Source of the DNA: Eukaryota sp. TZLM1-RC
Lineage: Eukaryota; Protista; Metamonada: BaSk clade
Length of the DNA stretch: 64,000 nucleotides
Assembly (NCBI GenBank): GCA_040285825.1
Contig: JAUPSS010000005.1
Span: 1,798,408 to 1,862,407 of the forward strand
Reading direction: 5' to 3'
The notes beneath the pieces were generated by a model, which saw only the letters and a list, made by a program, of their open reading frames with translations, did no database searches and was not told where the DNA came from. A program made the translations under genes and the position numbers. Shown piece after piece: positions 60,197 through 64,000 of the stretch. How positions within the stretch are numbered: position 1 is the stretch's first letter; every line of letters begins with the position of its first letter.

Positions 60197-63100
60197 TATT
60201 GACCAATGGTTGTTTATTACAATCATTGGTCAAATCTTTAAAGTCCATTTTGGGACAATTAATATAACAATTGTGGTGTTAAAGTCCGTGCTATGGTCAT
60301 TTGAGTAGTCATTGGTATGATTGGTTGAATGGTCATTGGTATGATTAGATGAGTTGCATGTAGTCTTTATGTACTAGATGTGATCAACTTGTGATCAAAC
60401 TTTGTGTGAAATTGTGTGTTAGTAATGTTGGCTATGTGTTACTTGATCAGTACAAACTCATGATTACATTTTCAAATGATTTTGTATATATTTGAATTAA
60501 TTGAGTGTATTAATTTTTAAACATTAAATTGTAAAAAAGTAAAAAATCAAAAGTATACAATTGAATGTTGCAAACTAATAAAACAATTGCTGTAAGTGTA
60601 AGAGTATCGTTTTGATACGATTTACTGAGGCTCATATGAAGTTCCTAGTTTCGTATATTGACCAATGGTTGTTTATTACAATCATTGGTCAAATCTTTAA
60701 AGTCCATTTTGGGACAATTAATATAACAATTGTGGTGTTAAAGTCCGTGCTATGGTCATTTGATTAGTCATTGGTATGATTGGTTGAATGGTCATTGGTA
60801 TGATTAGATGAGTTGCATGTAGTCTTTATGTACTAGATGTGATCAACTTGTGATCAAACTTTGTGTGAAATTGTGTGTTAGTAATGTTGGCTATGTGTTA
60901 CTTGATCAGTACAAACTCATGATTACATTTTCAAATGATTTTGTATATATTTGAATTAATTGAGTGTATTAATTTTTAAACATTAAATTGTAAAAAAGTA
61001 AAAAATCAAAAGTATACAATTGAATGTTGTAAACTAATAAAACAATTGCTGTAAGTGTAAGAGTATCGTTTTTGATACGATTTACTGAGGCTCATATGAA
61101 GTTCCTAGTTTCGTATATTGACCAATGGTTGTTTATTACAATCATTGGTCAAATCTTTAAAGTCCATTTTGGGACAATTAATATAACAATTGTGGTGTTA
61201 AAGTCCGTGCTATGGTCATTTGATTAGTCATTGGTATGATTGGTTGAATGGTCATTGGTATGATTAGATGAGTTGCATGTAGTCTTTATGTACTAGATGT
61301 GATCAACTTGTGATCAAACTTTGTGTGAAATTGTGTGTTAGTAATGTTGGCTATGTGTTACTTGATCAGTACAAACTCATGATTACATTTTCAAATGATT
61401 TTGTATATATTTGAATTAATTGAGTGTATTAATTTTTAAACATTAAATTGTAAAAAAGTAAAAAATCAAAAAGTATACAATTGAATGTTGTAAACTAATA
61501 AAACAATTGCTGTAAGTGTAAGAGTATCGTTTTTGATACGATTTACTGAGGCTCATATGAAGTTCCTAGTTTCGTATATTGACCAATGGTTGTTTATTAC
61601 AATCATTGGTCAAATCTTTAAAGTCCATTTTGGGACAATTAATATAACAATTGTGGTGTTAAAGTCCGTGCTATGGTCATTTGATTAGTCATTGGTATGA
61701 TTGGTTGAATGGTCATTGGTATGATTAGATGAGTTGCATGTAGTCTTTATGTACTAGATGTGATCAACTTGTGATCAAACTTTGTGTGAAATTGTGTGTT
61801 AGTAATGTTGGCTATGTGTTACTTGATCAGTACAAACTCATGATTACATTTTCAAATGATTTTGTATATATTTGAATTAATTGAGTGTATTAATTTTTAA
61901 ACATTAAATTGTAAAAAAAGTAAAAAATCAAAAAGTATACAATTGAATGTTGTAAACTAATAAAACAATTGCTGTAAGTGTAAGAGTATCGTTTTGATAC
62001 GATTTACTGAGGCTCATATGAAGTTCCTAGTTTCGTATATTGACCAATGGTTGTTTATTACAATCATTGGTCAAATCTTTAAAGTCCATTTTGGGACAAT
62101 TAATATAACAATTGTGGTGTTAAAGTCCGTGCTATGGTCATTTGATTAGTCATTGGTATGATTGGTTGAATGGTCATTGGTATGATTAGATGAGTTGCAT
62201 GTAGTCTTTATGTACTAGATGTGATCAACTTGTGATCAAACTTTGTGTGAAATTGTGTGTTAGTAATGTTGGCTATGTGTTACTTGATCAGTACAAACTC
62301 ATGATTACATTTTCAAATGATTTTGTATATATTTGAATTAATTGAGTGTATTAATTTTTAAACATTAAATTGTAAAAAAGTAAAAAATCAAAAGTATACA
62401 ATTGAATGTTGTAAACTAATAAAACAATTGCTGTAAGTGTAAGAGTATCGTTTTGATACGATTTACTGAGGCTCATATGAAGTTCCTAGTTTCGTATATT
62501 GACCAATGGTTGTTTATTACAATCATTGGTCAAATCTTTAAAGTCCATTTTGGGACAATTAATATAACAATTGTGGTGTTAAAGTCCGTGCTATGGTCAT
62601 TTGATTAGTCATTGGTATGATTGGTTGAATGGTCATTGGTATGATTAGATGAGTTGCATGTAGTCTTTATGTACTAGATGTGATCAACTTGTGATCAAAC
62701 TTTGTGTGAAATTGTGTGTTAGTAATGTTGGCTATGTGTTACTTGATCAGTACAAACTCATGATTACATTTTCAAATGATTTTGTATATATTTGAATTAA
62801 TTGAGTGTATTAATTTTTAAACATTAAATTGTAAAAAAGTAAAAAATCAAAAAGTATACAATTGAATGTTGTAAACTAATAAAAACAATTGCTGTAAGTG
62901 TAAGAGTATCGTTTTTGATACGATTTACTGAGGCTCATATGAAGTTCCTAGTTTCGTATATTGACCAATGGTTGTTTATTACAATCATTGGTCAAATCTT
63001 TAAAGTCCATTTTGGGACAATTAATATAACAATTGTGGTGTTAAAGTCCGTGCTATGGTCATTTGATTAGTCATTGGTATGATTGGTTGAATGGTCATTG

Positions 63101-64000
63101 GTATGATTAGATGAGTTGCATGTAGTCTTTATGTACTAGATGTGATCAACTTGTGATCAAACTTTGTGTGAAATTGTGTGTTAGTAATGTTGGCTATGTG
63201 TTACTTGATCAGTACAAACTCATGATTACATTTTCAAATGATTTTGTATATATTTGAATTAATTGAGTGTATTAATTTTTAAACATTAAATTGTAAAAAA
63301 GTAAAAATCAAAAGTATACAATTGAATGTTGTAAACTAATAAAACAATTGCTGTAAGTGTAAGAGTATCGTTTTGATACGATTTACTGAGGCTCATATGA
63401 AGTTCCTAGTTTCGTATATTGACCAATGGTTGTTTATTTCAATCATTGGTCAAATCTTTAAAGTCCATTTTGGGACAATTAATATAACAATTGTGGTGTT
63501 AAAGTCCGTGCTATGGTCATTTGATTAGTCATTGGTATGATTGGTTGAATGGTCATTGGTATGATTAGATGAGTTGCATGTAGTCTTTATGTACTAGATG
63601 TGATCAACTTGTGATCAAACTTTGTGTGAAATTGTGTGTTAGTAATGTTGGCTATGTGTTACTTGATCAGTACAAACTCATGATTACATTTTCAAATGAT
63701 TTTGTATATATTTGAATTAATTGAGTGTATTAATTTTTAAACATTAAATTGTAAAAAAGTAAAAAATCAAAAAGTATACAATTGAATGTTGTAAACTAAT
63801 AAAACAATTGCTGTAAGTGTAAGAGTATCGTTTTGATACGATTTACTGAGGCTCATATGAAGTTCCTAGTTTCGTATATTGACCAATGGTTGTTTATTAC
63901 AATCATTGGTCAAATCTTTAAAGTCCATTTTGGGACAATTAATATAACAATTGTGGTGTTAAAGTCCGTGCTATGGTCATTTGAGTAGTCATTGGTATGA
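60126..64000 (+). repeat. >8 copies of the 461-bp spacer repeat (runs off window end)
   Basis: Same unit as the other arrays. Confidence 0.97.

Noticed and set aside
28985-60308. Recurrent 64-69 aa ORFs (IAVSVRVSFLIRFTEAHMKF...)
   Set aside because: Translations of the spacer repeat/28S end; they open and close with single-base variants.

Overview
AT-rich eukaryotic (protist-like, probably flagellated) genomic window with two compartments. (1) 1-28.56 kb is a transposon graveyard with a few host genes. Host genes are a long-tailed histone H3 variant (CenH3 candidate) split by a 32-nt intron, an EFHB/CFAP21-like gene and small membrane proteins. Relics include at least six CRE-like (RLE-type) non-LTR retrotransposon pieces, five Fanzor/TnpB-like nuclease remnants, a 1.7-kb TRIM-like element with 97-bp LTRs, a MULE-type MITE, and hAT/DDE/PolB fragments. 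(2) 28.56-64 kb is the edge of an rDNA locus. It holds one complete 18S-5.8S-28S unit within arrays of a ~461-bp repeat, and each repeat unit is a copy of the last ~70 nt of 28S plus the 3'ETS hairpin. The standout is an intact 1500-aa CRE-like retrotransposon (55210-59795) fused to the 28S gene at GGTTAGTTTTACCCT^ACTGA, ~710 nt downstream of the empty R2 site. Its protein has an N-terminal PIP box, a catalytically complete RNase H placed upstream of the RT between zinc fingers, then RT, a zinc knuckle and an RLE. A tRNA-like Pol III A/B-box structured RNA with a T5 terminator lies in frame inside its ORF. All calls are by-eye motif recognition; no searches were run.
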